From: Cenarchaeum sp.
Lineage (GTDB): Archaea; Thermoproteota; Nitrososphaeria; Nitrososphaerales; Nitrosopumilaceae
Assembly (NCBI GenBank): GCA_965212015.1
Contig: OZ243037.1
Span: forward strand, 1,408,001 to 1,472,000
Length of the DNA: 64,000 nt
Reading direction: 5' to 3'
The notes below the pieces were generated by a model. The model was not told where the DNA came from and ran no database searches. It saw only the letters and a program-made list of their open reading frames with translations. Shown here piece by piece: positions 29,445-38,820 of the stretch; positions within the stretch are counted from its first letter, which is position 1, and every line of letters starts with the position of its first letter. Made by a program: the position numbers and the translations under genes.

Positions 29445-29544
29445 TATTGTATATTGGGTTGTATGTCCTTCTGCATGTCAATTCAGGTCAAATCTAGAAA
29501 GATTCTGGTGTGTTAACAGATATTAGTCACAAATGCCGATCGCT

Positions 29545-32196
29545 TCAGACATTCTTCCTATCATGTTTTTTGATCTCTATAATTCGTGTCATCTCCGAGT
29601 GTGTGGATGTGATGATCTTGACGGCGATCCGACCGGATTTTGGGATGGCAAACGGCGCGGATTTTAGTGTAAGCATAGAGTCCCAGAGATCCTGATCTAT
29701 ATGTTTTTGAAGATTCTTGTAGAACCCTTTTACCTGTGCATCATTTTTTGCCCCCGGAAAATGCACCTTCCGAGCAAAGAACGACCGACCGTCATATTTG
29801 GTGTCTATCATCCAGCAGTAAACGTCCTGCTTGGTTCCCTGCCGCGTGTTGCCGGTGGCCGGATCAAAAGTATCATATCCCTGTATCTCTACGATCATCT
29901 TATCTTCGCTCAGTTCTGTCCTGATGTCGGGCTCTCCGACCAGTACGAATGCTACATCGTCTTTATTGTCCTTTAGGTTTCCCATCTGTAGATCCTGATT
30001 TGCCATAAATCTATAGATATCCATGCGGCCCCTTTGCTCGTTTTCGACCGATGCTTCATAGGCAAACGCCACTATGATCAGGACGCTTACGCTCGGCATT
30101 TTTGATGCCTCCTCTACGGCATGATCCACCATTATCGGGGGGACTGTGCAGTCATCGTTGGCCACCAGTATGCACGCTTTTTTTCCATCAAACGTGGCTC
30201 TGTGGGTTATTACATTGCCCGGATATTCCTCAATGTCTGACAACGTGATGTTGGAACCGTCAAATGTTATGCCGGTATCGCGCAGCGCAGATATGATGTT
30301 TTGATGTGTGCTTGTGGGTCGTTCTCCTACAGATTGATTTGGATTTACGTATCGATAAGGCGAAAGGCTCTCTATGGTAAATGGAGAACTGACCCGTATT
30401 TTTTTCACGTCCTTCTCAAGCCTGTCTACCATGTAATCAATAGATGGCTCAAGATCCGGATATGCAAGAAACTTTGCACTTACGTGAGGCATGCGTTCGC
30501 ACACAAACCCACATGACGGATCTTCGGCGTATTGATTCTTCATAGGCAGAAACGCTTGTTGTGCTTCTTTTCGCAGCTCGTTTTCCCTCCGTAAACCGTT
30601 CTCGGAATCAAGCAAGGTAAACCACGGAAATATTCCAGTTATGATCCTCTGACGAGTCAGATTTATGGCCACGAGGCTCGCATCAGACGTGATCCATCTT
30701 CGACCCCATTTCTCCGCTACAAATGCGGTCGTACCAGAGCCACATGTAGGATCAAATACAAGATCTCCGGGATCGGTGGTCATCAAGATACATTTTTTTA
30801 TGGTGGATTCCGATGTTTCTACAACATAATGTTTGTCTGAGGCAGATTCTTGTTTGTTCCAAATATTGTTTATTCTGCGACCTGGTATTTCGTCTTCATA
30901 TTTTTTCCAATTTAGACTGCGGCTACCTACAAGTCGATTTTTTTCAGCCATTTTGTCAAGACCATCATAGCTGACACCCCAATGTTTGTCCATTGGACAC
31001 TTCCAAATCTTATTGTTCCATTTGTAATCTTTAGAACGTGTTTTGCTATATCCTTGTGAGTGTAATGGCATTTGTCTGAAAAGTCTTGCATCTTTTGGTA
31101 GATTCTTGTCAGGATCAATCTTTTCCTCAGGTTTTAGATTTCTTATGGTTCCATCTTTTAGTTCTACTAATGCGGCATAACTCATTAGATCTAGCATATC
31201 CTTTCTTGTAGACGTAGGCTCATACAATTGATGATATTTTACGGATTTTGTGTTCTTTGCATACCATAGCAAATAATCCGTCACGTCCGGAAGGCCACTA
31301 CTAGACGATGCACCTGATTTTGCAAACGGTATCATGCCCATGCGATTCTCTGCCCCAAACACTTCGTCTAAAACTATCCCTATCCTGTTTGCATTTGCCG
31401 ATCCGATCTGTAGGAAAAAACTGCCGGTCTCATTGAGTAGCTCCTGTGCGTGGGATGCAATCTGATATATGTTGTCCAGATAGGAATGGATACCGTTCTT
31501 GTACGTGTCCCTGAACGTTTGCAATGCTACGGTGTCATTAGGAATATCACCCGAGTCTTTGTTCTTGTTTATATTGGCTTGCAAAATATTCTTAAAGTTG
31601 ATCCCGTAAGGCGGATCAAAGTAGATCATCTGAACTTTTCCTGCCATACCTTCCTTGGCTAACATGGATGACATTACATGGCGGCTCTCGCCCCTGACTA
31701 TTCTGTTCTGCCAGTGTCCGCTATACTTGTACCATTGGAACTCGGCACCTTCCGGCAGGCCATCATACTGCTGGCCAAAAAAATCAAGACCAACCACATA
31801 GTGCTTTTTCAGTGATTCTGCAAAGGCAGCAGGATGAATTTTCTCATGTATGTATAGAGGACTGGCAGAGGTCGAATCGGGCATCTCTTTTTCCCACTGT
31901 AGGTGTGGCGGATACAGATCCTTGGGGATTCGGCTCTTTATCTTGTCGGGAAGTTTGTAAGGAACGGGCCGTACGTCCGTTGGCTTCATTATACGCGCAG
32001 TCTGATCAGTGGGAAGATTCTTTCTGACATTGCGGTGGCGATAAGTGCCCACTGATTTATTTTTTGCCTTGCTGCCGGACCCGGCCTTTTTCGTTATCTT
32101 GCGCCCGGATCGTCTAGTCTTTTTTACAGTAGTCCTTTTCTTACGCCCATTTCCAGAATCTTGTGTCTTGAGGGTACTTTGTGTTTTGAAGGTCAT
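29545..32196 (-). CDS. mod: Type III R-M modification subunit (N6-adenine DNA methyltransferase)
   Basis: VQMIYFDPPYGI (motif IV) before LVFDPTCGSGTTA (motif I), beta-class order; RIAVKII C-terminus; ATGA overlap with res. Confidence 0.9.
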   Translation of the reverse strand: MTFKTQSTLKTQDSGNGRKKRTTVKKTRRSGRKITKKAGSGSKAKNKSVGTYRHRNVRKNLPTDQTARIMKPTDVRPVPYKLPDKIKSRIPKDLYPPHLQWEKEMPDSTSASPLYIHEKIHPAAFAESLKKHYVVGLDFFGQQYDGLPEGAEFQWYKYSGHWQNRIVRGESRHVMSSMLAKEGMAGKVQMIYFDPPYGINFKNILQANINKNKDSGDIPNDTVALQTFRDTYKNGIHSYLDNIYQIASHAQELLNETGSFFLQIGSANANRIGIVLDEVFGAENRMGMIPFAKSGASSSSGLPDVTDYLLWYAKNTKSVKYHQLYEPTSTRKDMLDLMSYAALVELKDGTIRNLKPEEKIDPDKNLPKDARLFRQMPLHSQGYSKTRSKDYKWNNKIWKCPMDKHWGVSYDGLDKMAEKNRLVGSRSLNWKKYEDEIPGRRINNIWNKQESASDKHYVVETSESTIKKCILMTTDPGDLVFDPTCGSGTTAFVAEKWGRRWITSDASLVAINLTRQRIITGIFPWFTLLDSENGLRRENELRKEAQQAFLPMKNQYAEDPSCGFVCERMPHVSAKFLAYPDLEPSIDYMVDRLEKDVKKIRVSSPFTIESLSPYRYVNPNQSVGERPTSTHQNIISALRDTGITFDGSNITLSDIEEYPGNVITHRATFDGKKACILVANDDCTVPPIMVDHAVEEASKMPSVSVLIIVAFAYEASVENEQRGRMDIYRFMANQDLQMGNLKDNKDDVAFVLVGEPDIRTELSEDKMIVEIQGYDTFDPATGNTRQGTKQDVYCWMIDTKYDGRSFFARKVHFPGAKNDAQVKGFYKNLQKHIDQDLWDSMLTLKSAPFAIPKSGRIAVKIITSTHSEMTRIIEIKKHDRKNV

Positions 32197-35186
32197 TCTT
32201 GGGCCTCCGTATAGGACAGCATTTCTGTGATGGCATCGTCAAGATCTTTGCCGATTCGTGCAGGTGTGTCAAGGTATACGTATTTCCATTTACCGGCACA
32301 TGCAAGGTCTTCAGAGTTGTTTACCGCTGGGATCCATTTTTCCTCAGTTGTCTTCTTTTTAACCTGTGCATCGTGGGTGTCCTGTCCCTTGTATTCTATT
32401 ACAAGGTGGCATTTGCCACCATTTATCCGCGCTACAAAATCTGGCTTGTATTCCCTCCATCCCCCCACCTTCGGATCAATATATGGTATGCTCCAGCCGA
32501 TCCTCTCATTTCTTATCCACGCTTCGATTCCATCATGTGCGTCCAGTATTTCGGCTACCCTCACCTCATCAGTACTGTCACATGCCGCCGCACTGATTTC
32601 CGATTTTGCCGGAATCCCGCCGCTTGGGGGATATTTGTTAATTAACGTCGTGTCAAAATCCACACCCTCCGTGGTAAACTCGTGCTCCTGAGACGAATCT
32701 TTCTCGTCGGCAAATATGGGTAGGATCGGGGGCTTGTCGGTATTTGTAACGGATGCCTCATAGACAGCCTCTGCGGCCGTCTCGAGATTTGGGTTGTACG
32801 ACACCATTATGGGGTCATTGCATTCTACGTTGGGATGATCAAGCCATTCGTGGACGGCCAAAAGGGCGGATTTAAAGAACGGTGTCTTTCCAACACCGGG
32901 CCCGCCATATCTTCTGGTGACATGCTCGGCAAGCTGATAGATAGCCGTCTGAGCACGTTTTGAATCGCGCATGACATCTTCTTCTCCGGTAGGACCCATG
33001 ACGGTTGTGTGTCCGGGCCTGTCGGAAAGTTTTTCAGGTTTGTATGGTCTTACTTTGTCCTTGTCTAGGATCAGAGTAACATCCTCAGGATTGATCTCGT
33101 AGGAATATACATTGGGAAACGTCATGCGAAATTGTTCCCTTCCCTCCAATGTCTTAACATTCCATGATAGCGATCCGTTTTCCCCATTCTCGCCGGAGCC
33201 CAGCATAAAGCTAAATGGAATGCCGAATATGCCTGCATATTCGGGCGGTAGAAGTTCTCCGGGTTTGAGGCCGGCCGCAGGCAGGTTACTCCTGCGCAGG
33301 GCTCTGCCTGCCACTTGTTCGCACAAGAGATCGCTCTTGAACGCGCGGTATCCAAATATGTGAGTCACAGTTCTGGCATCCCACCCCTCCGTGAGCATGT
33401 TTACCGAGACCACGCATCTGATGTTCTCCCCAGGCTTGCCTTTTTGGCCGACCGTCTGAAAGACATCCCTGATGTGATTGGCCCGTTCCTTGGCGTTCAT
33501 CCCTTTGGGCGAGAATGTCTTCCAGTCGATCATCAGCTCCTTCCAGTCTCTGTCGTCTAGATCGTCCATCTCCGAGGTAACTAGTAGAGTGTTCGGAGAG
33601 ACAACTGGCTTGCCGTCCTTGATGTTGGAGAACATCTCATACCCTCCCTTCCAAGTTTCGCCGTCCTTGTAGCCTGCAAGATGTTTAAAGATGGCTTTTG
33701 CGTTCTCAATCGGATATGCCACAACGATCATGACCGGGATCTTGTTGTTCTTTGCGTATCGTTCCGTCTCTATCTTGTACTTGGTCTCAAGGCGTACCAA
33801 GAGATCCTTTACGTCCTCGTTCATATCGTCATGACGGAGCTTTCGATCGGCCTTTCTGATATACTGGAATATGTTTCGGAATTTGGGCTCGTCAAACCCA
33901 GTAAGATCCTCCACCGGGACCCGCGGTATCTTGACAAGTCCAGCCTCTATGGCGTCGATCAGCGGATAGTCAGAAACTGCCCAGGGGAACAGCTCAGTGT
34001 CTGTCTTGCTGGCACTCGATATGAACATGGGGGTAGCCGACATGTCAAACACCATACCGAGCCTGCCCACATCCGAGAGGTACGACAGCGTGGAAAACCA
34101 CAGAGCCGCATCCTTGGGATTGACAACCTCGGCTTTGTTCGCCTTGGCATCAGGATCGTCCGGACGATAACAGTGGTGAGCCTCGTCGTTGATTACGATG
34201 ATCTCGTCAGCTCCCTTGTGCGAGGAGAGTACGCGATCCAGCATTACGACGGGAGTCTCCTTCCAGTGACTTGGCTCCCCTTGGCCTGCCGTGATGAGGC
34301 GGCGGGTCTTGGCATCCACGCTCTCCTCAGGATTCACCCCCAAGGATGATCTAAGCTGAAATGCCTGATAGTTTACTATGCTTACCTTGATGTCTTCTGG
34401 GAGTTTTTGGTTACGCGGCAGTATGTCCTTGTACATGTTGTCCGGTTCGTTTGGAATAAGTACTTGGAGTCGATCCTTGACCGTTAGATTTGGCACCATG
34501 ATGAGTATGTCGGTCCTGCCCTGTTTGCGCATGGCCTGCCACACGATCAGCATTGCCATTACCATCGTTTTTCCCGTCCCAGTGGCCATCTTTGTTGCAT
34601 AACGCAAAATGTCATCGCCATTGTGCTTCTGGCACGCCTCGGATATCTCCCGCCGTATGTTGGAAAGCAAGGGATCGGTGGACTCATCCCCATCACACAG
34701 CCATATGATCGTCTCGATTGCCACGATCTGGCAGAAGAACGGCCGTATCTTGTACTGTTCTTCCCCACGCCAGTAATTCAATAGCTTGATAATGTTTGGT
34801 TTTATGCCTGGATAGCCGTCCTGCCTCCATGCCTCTACACGGTCTCGTATCAGGTTGATACGGCGGTGCATGTCCTTGTCAGAGTCGGTTATCTTACGTG
34901 TCTGTACTCCGGTCTGGGGAACGGTCGGATAGGGGGCACTTGGCCTGCGTCCTTTGAGAAGATTCGCGGTGGCTCTTCCTTTACTATCCAGCTCCCAGTA
35001 CTCGGTAGGAAACTCATATGGGTTGTTAAGGACGGGATTCCGTTCGGGAGTGCGGTCTTTTGGTTTGCAATCCTCTAAGTATGGCCCCTTGATTGTTCTA
35101 TCATGGATGAGAGGGGATGAGAGGGGATGAGAGGGGATGAGAGGGGAAATACGGTCTATACCGTGGGGTTTATTTTCAGACTTCAT
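32193..35186 (-). CDS. res: Type III R-M restriction subunit (BPTD_3080-like; SF2 helicase + PD-(D/E)xK)
   Basis: NPVLNNPY, KMATGTGKT, INDEAHH, MSATP, MLTEGWD, EQVAGRALR, YKPDF...VIEYKG. Confidence 0.9.
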   Translation of the reverse strand: MKSENKPHGIDRISPLIPSHPLSSPLIHDRTIKGPYLEDCKPKDRTPERNPVLNNPYEFPTEYWELDSKGRATANLLKGRRPSAPYPTVPQTGVQTRKITDSDKDMHRRINLIRDRVEAWRQDGYPGIKPNIIKLLNYWRGEEQYKIRPFFCQIVAIETIIWLCDGDESTDPLLSNIRREISEACQKHNGDDILRYATKMATGTGKTMVMAMLIVWQAMRKQGRTDILIMVPNLTVKDRLQVLIPNEPDNMYKDILPRNQKLPEDIKVSIVNYQAFQLRSSLGVNPEESVDAKTRRLITAGQGEPSHWKETPVVMLDRVLSSHKGADEIIVINDEAHHCYRPDDPDAKANKAEVVNPKDAALWFSTLSYLSDVGRLGMVFDMSATPMFISSASKTDTELFPWAVSDYPLIDAIEAGLVKIPRVPVEDLTGFDEPKFRNIFQYIRKADRKLRHDDMNEDVKDLLVRLETKYKIETERYAKNNKIPVMIVVAYPIENAKAIFKHLAGYKDGETWKGGYEMFSNIKDGKPVVSPNTLLVTSEMDDLDDRDWKELMIDWKTFSPKGMNAKERANHIRDVFQTVGQKGKPGENIRCVVSVNMLTEGWDARTVTHIFGYRAFKSDLLCEQVAGRALRRSNLPAAGLKPGELLPPEYAGIFGIPFSFMLGSGENGENGSLSWNVKTLEGREQFRMTFPNVYSYEINPEDVTLILDKDKVRPYKPEKLSDRPGHTTVMGPTGEEDVMRDSKRAQTAIYQLAEHVTRRYGGPGVGKTPFFKSALLAVHEWLDHPNVECNDPIMVSYNPNLETAAEAVYEASVTNTDKPPILPIFADEKDSSQEHEFTTEGVDFDTTLINKYPPSGGIPAKSEISAAACDSTDEVRVAEILDAHDGIEAWIRNERIGWSIPYIDPKVGGWREYKPDFVARINGGKCHLVIEYKGQDTHDAQVKKKTTEEKWIPAVNNSEDLACAGKWKYVYLDTPARIGKDLDDAITEMLSYTEAQE
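35105..35147. repeat. Perfect tandem repeat (GGATGAGAGG)x4 inside the 5' end of res
   Basis: Four exact 10-bp units at 35105-35144 plus partial GGA. Confidence 0.95.
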
Positions 35187-35463
35187 TTTAATCTACTTCT
35201 TTCCGATTCTTTTATTTGATCATTTTACTTAAATATCTTTTCAATACTTTTAGTTCACTAATCTCAAAATCCAATGCTTTTTGTCTTAAAATTAGAGTTT
35301 CAGCTATCTGATCAAGGTGGATGGCCAGAACAAATGGGTTATCTTGATTCATAATGTCAACCTATACAGGATTTCTGAGTAATTTTTTTTATCGTGATTA
35401 CACCACTACAGGTTTACAGAACCTCAGATCCATCGGTTTTAATACGACTATAATCACTGCATA

Positions 35464-35688
35464 TTGATGAGCGTACGTTTGGGAAAATGCGGTGTGTGTA
35501 ACAAACAGGGCATAGAGCTGGAAGAACATCACGTAGTGGAATATCTGGATGAGCAAAAAAGAACCCCAAAGATATTTCTGTGCAAGGAATGCCATGAAAT
35601 GCATGAAAAATACAGAAATTATCTAAAAAATGACTGCAAGATTGATATCAATATAAGGAATACAGGCAGTTCTGATCCGGCTAAATAA
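35464..35688 (+). CDS. Minimal zinc-binding HNH-like protein
   Basis: CGVC...LEEHHV...IFLCKECHEMH. Confidence 0.65.
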   Translation: MMSVRLGKCGVCNKQGIELEEHHVVEYLDEQKRTPKIFLCKECHEMHEKYRNYLKNDCKIDINIRNTGSSDPAK

Positions 35689-35795
35689 AATACTGTATAG
35701 CTGGAGCATGCCGTATACACTGAAACCCAAATGATCTCAAACCGTATGGTTGAGGACATTCCAGGATATTTATAAGATACCAGAGGCATTGATCA

Positions 35796-36704
35796 GTGTT
35801 GTTAAAGACAGATCCGGAAAGGACTCAAAATATAATGAAAATCCTCCTGGAATGGTATCCGAAAAGGACCGGCATATTTGAGGGCGCCGAACTACCCGAA
35901 AGCCGGCCGCCAGCCCGTGCCGCACCCGGAAGCTATGAGCGTGTAATGTTTTACACCCTTACCGTGGCAATAGACTATCAGCGCAAAGCAAGTGATCTGT
36001 GGGATTCTGCAAGAAAGACGATGGACGACGAGAGTGTACAGTGGGTGTTTCATCCCGGTACTGTATCCAAAAAAACCCCGCAAGAGCTAGTAGAGGCTCT
36101 CTCAAAGCACAAGCTGAGCAAAAAGACAAACAAGGACGCAGACATATGGAGGACCATCTGCCTGTCGTTTCTGGAGCTGTTTGATGGCGATCCGCGCAAG
36201 CTGTTTGAAAAATACGACCATGATGCACGCCAGATATTTGACGTTATGAGGAACAAATACGGGAAAAAATTCCCGTATCTGGCGGGCTCTACCGGAACAT
36301 CAAAGATACTCTCGCTGTGGATCCGCATCATGCACAAGGAGGCACAAATTCCGTTCAAAAGACTCGAGCTTGTCCCCATTCCAATAGACATTCACACCGC
36401 AAGGGCGACGATAACTAGCGGCTGCATTGCAGGCGATTTTGAGGGAAGCTTTGTCGAGCTGGCAGAGATTGCAAAAAAGGCGTGGATGGAGGCATGTGAT
36501 AATTCCGGATATTATCCGCTCCAGTTGGACGAGGCGCTGTGGAATTTAGGACGGTTTGGCTGCTCCAACATAGCGGACGGAGAGAAATGCCCGGAACGCT
36601 CCAGGTGCGAGCTGGCAGAATACTGTACCGCAAACAACAAGGGCTCTTGTATCGCAATAGTGCAAAATAAAGCCATCAAAATCTCTACGAGCTGTCAAAA
36701 ATGA
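35796..36704 (+). CDS. HhH-GPD (endonuclease III superfamily) DNA glycosylase/lyase-like protein with Fe-S motif
   Basis: FPYLAGSTGTSKI HhH-like motif, PIPIDIHTAR catalytic Asp, LDEALWNLG, C-x8-C-x5-C-x5-C. Confidence 0.75.
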   Translation: MLLKTDPERTQNIMKILLEWYPKRTGIFEGAELPESRPPARAAPGSYERVMFYTLTVAIDYQRKASDLWDSARKTMDDESVQWVFHPGTVSKKTPQELVEALSKHKLSKKTNKDADIWRTICLSFLELFDGDPRKLFEKYDHDARQIFDVMRNKYGKKFPYLAGSTGTSKILSLWIRIMHKEAQIPFKRLELVPIPIDIHTARATITSGCIAGDFEGSFVELAEIAKKAWMEACDNSGYYPLQLDEALWNLGRFGCSNIADGEKCPERSRCELAEYCTANNKGSCIAIVQNKAIKISTSCQK

Positions 36705-37111
36705 AAATAGCGATAATTACCGCGTGTGGGAACAAAAAAGAACCCATCCCGCTTCCCGCCCACAAACTGTACAAATCCCCGCGGATCAAGACGATATACA
36801 ACAGGAGGCAGGGCCACGACATGTTTATTCTAAGTGCAGAGCACGGCCTCATTCCGGCAGACAAGATAATTCGGCCATACAACAGGCTGATGGACGAGCA
36901 AAGATGCGATGAGCTGATTCCACATGTGGCCGAATCACTGCAAAAGTATGACGTGGTCATCTATTTCAGAGGCGGTTCCGGATTACCGTATAAGAGATGT
37001 GTGACTGAGGCCTGTGATCTGGCAGGGGTAGAACTAGACGCCTTTGGGAGTCGAATGATGGAGGGAATAAGGGATCTGTCTGAAAAGATACGACGTGCAG
37101 AACAATCGTGA
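36701..37111 (+). CDS. DUF6884-like (YaaA-related) protein
   Basis: IITACGNKK...PAHKLYKSP...FILSAEHGLI...IRPYN.LM; overlaps the glycosylase stop. Confidence 0.75.
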   Translation: MKIAIITACGNKKEPIPLPAHKLYKSPRIKTIYNRRQGHDMFILSAEHGLIPADKIIRPYNRLMDEQRCDELIPHVAESLQKYDVVIYFRGGSGLPYKRCVTEACDLAGVELDAFGSRMMEGIRDLSEKIRRAEQS

Positions 37112-37352
37112 TGAAAAGATAAAACATTTCAATTACTTTGTAATATTTTGAAAATTCTAGACTTTACCATATTAACTGCCATATTCGGCAAAATTAACAT
37201 GTCCTATATCGTCGACAGGATGGCAATTCCTATATGCTATTGTAAAAAGGATTCACACGCAAAAAGATTCGATTGGGAAGGAAATCAGCGTTACCCTTGC
37301 CACGAAAAAACCATGATCCAAATTTAAATACTCAAGATGGCAACAGGACACA

Positions 37353-37538
37353 ATGGATAACGACCGAGACACAGAGGAAAAAAAGGCAGCAGAGGCCAAA
37401 AAGAAAAGCGACGAGCAGGAAAATATCTTGGATATCGAGACTAGTAAACACACGGAATCGGCCACCAAGGATCTCGAGGAGGAACTTGATAATGCAGAGC
37501 AATCCACGGCAAAAGAGGCAAACAGGCAGACCAGCTAG
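37353..37538 (+). CDS. Small charged hypothetical protein
   Basis: 61-aa E/K/D-rich ORF with TTTAAATA box about 25-30 nt upstream. Confidence 0.5.
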   Translation: MDNDRDTEEKKAAEAKKKSDEQENILDIETSKHTESATKDLEEELDNAEQSTAKEANRQTS

Positions 37539-37658
37539 ATTCTGCATGTAAATCGGATATTGTAATCGATCACGTCCCTCTCGGATCCAACTTGTCACTC
37601 CGTGTATCTTTGTACGCTATAAAGACAAGATTAAATCCAATGCCATATTCTAATTTGT

Positions 37659-38489
37659 GTGATCTTTCCAGAAAGTGGCCGAGTAAAGCGTCTAATCTTG
37701 CAGTATCTGGCAGATAGGGTAGAACACAATATTGACGGGATATATCATATAATAATGTTAGAGTTTGATCTGGATATACACATATCTGATAAATCCCTAA
37801 AAACCAGAAAATTCAAAGCAAATTGCAGGGCCAAGATAATAGAGCTGCGCAAACTGGAATTGTTGGAAAGTGACAGTCCCGGCGTTTATCGAATTACCAA
37901 AGACGGCATGTCAAAGCTGAGCAAGCGGATATTTGGCAGAACTGAACAGATAAACGAGGATATCTTGTTTGACGAGGACGAATCAGTAACTTTTAACAAA
38001 AAGATACCATACAAGATAAACAAGATACGCAGGCGAAACATAAAGGCTGTAAAAAAGCTAAAAAAGCTGTACAAAAACAAATGCCAGATTAGCAACTATG
38101 ACTATACATTCAAAAAAGAGGATGGCAAATGGTATACCGAGGGGCATCATATTGTCCCTCTGGGAAAAAAAGGCGCAGACTCTGTCCGCAATATCGTTGT
38201 TTTGAGCCCTCTCATTCACAGAATGCTGCATCATGGAAAAATCGAAGGTCTTTGCATTAAAAACATTAAAAACAACAAACTTACCTTCAAAATCAATGGC
38301 AAAAAGCATACTATAACTTATTTGCCAAATCATGGAAAAATAGTAAGGGATGCGGCACGGGACAAATACGACGATTCTGATCTATTATATGATTTAGACG
38401 AAGGCAGTACCGTCCTTGATGATCTGCGCGGGTATACTCTTTGCATACCTCCCAATTATGATGAAGAATGGCACAGATTTCCATGGTAA
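37659..38489 (+). CDS. Winged-helix (Mrr N-terminal-like) + HNH endonuclease, type IV-restriction-like
   Basis: ILQYLAD...LLESDSPGVYRITKDG wH; LKKLYKNKCQI, EGHHIVPLGKKGADSVRNIVVLSPLIHRMLH. Confidence 0.8.
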   Translation: MIFPESGRVKRLILQYLADRVEHNIDGIYHIIMLEFDLDIHISDKSLKTRKFKANCRAKIIELRKLELLESDSPGVYRITKDGMSKLSKRIFGRTEQINEDILFDEDESVTFNKKIPYKINKIRRRNIKAVKKLKKLYKNKCQISNYDYTFKKEDGKWYTEGHHIVPLGKKGADSVRNIVVLSPLIHRMLHHGKIEGLCIKNIKNNKLTFKINGKKHTITYLPNHGKIVRDAARDKYDDSDLLYDLDEGSTVLDDLRGYTLCIPPNYDEEWHRFPW

Positions 38490-38532
38490 GACTTTCAAAA
38501 TGAGGATTTGTGAGCAACCGGGAATTCCAATC

Positions 38533-38630
38533 CTGATAGATGAGCAGAGGTGCGATGAGATGTATAATTGAAGCGTGTGATCGAGCAGGAATAAAGTTGG
38601 ATGCCTTTGGAGATAAGATCATGCAGAACC
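38533..38630 (+). pseudogene. Decayed remnant of a second DUF6884-like gene
   Basis: LIDEQRCDE and RCIIEACDRAGIKLDAFGDKIM match LMDEQRCDE and RCVTEACDLAGVELDAFGSRMM of 36701..37111. Confidence 0.75.
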
Positions 38631-38797
38631 ATTGTATGAATAGTGTGCCCCATGAAGCGCGCAATAGGTTTTATAGTTCAAGAGGAATTATCTGGATCCG
38701 TAGGCACCGGATCTAACCGATTACTGAAGCGCTAGAACGGAGGATTATTAGGCCCAGATCTGTAATACTGGCTTCAAATTATATATTTCATGTTACC

Positions 38798-38820
38798 TTT
38801 CTCTCTTTAAAAGAGAGAAA
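38798..38820. promoter_or_regulatory. Perfect 23-bp inverted repeat, putative AbiEi operator
   Basis: TTTCTCTCTTT-A-AAAGAGAGAAA directly upstream of a TATA-like box and abiEi. Confidence 0.7.

Noticed and set aside
35105-35147. Tandem repeat as a CRISPR array
   Set aside because: 10-bp units with no spacers and no cas genes in the window
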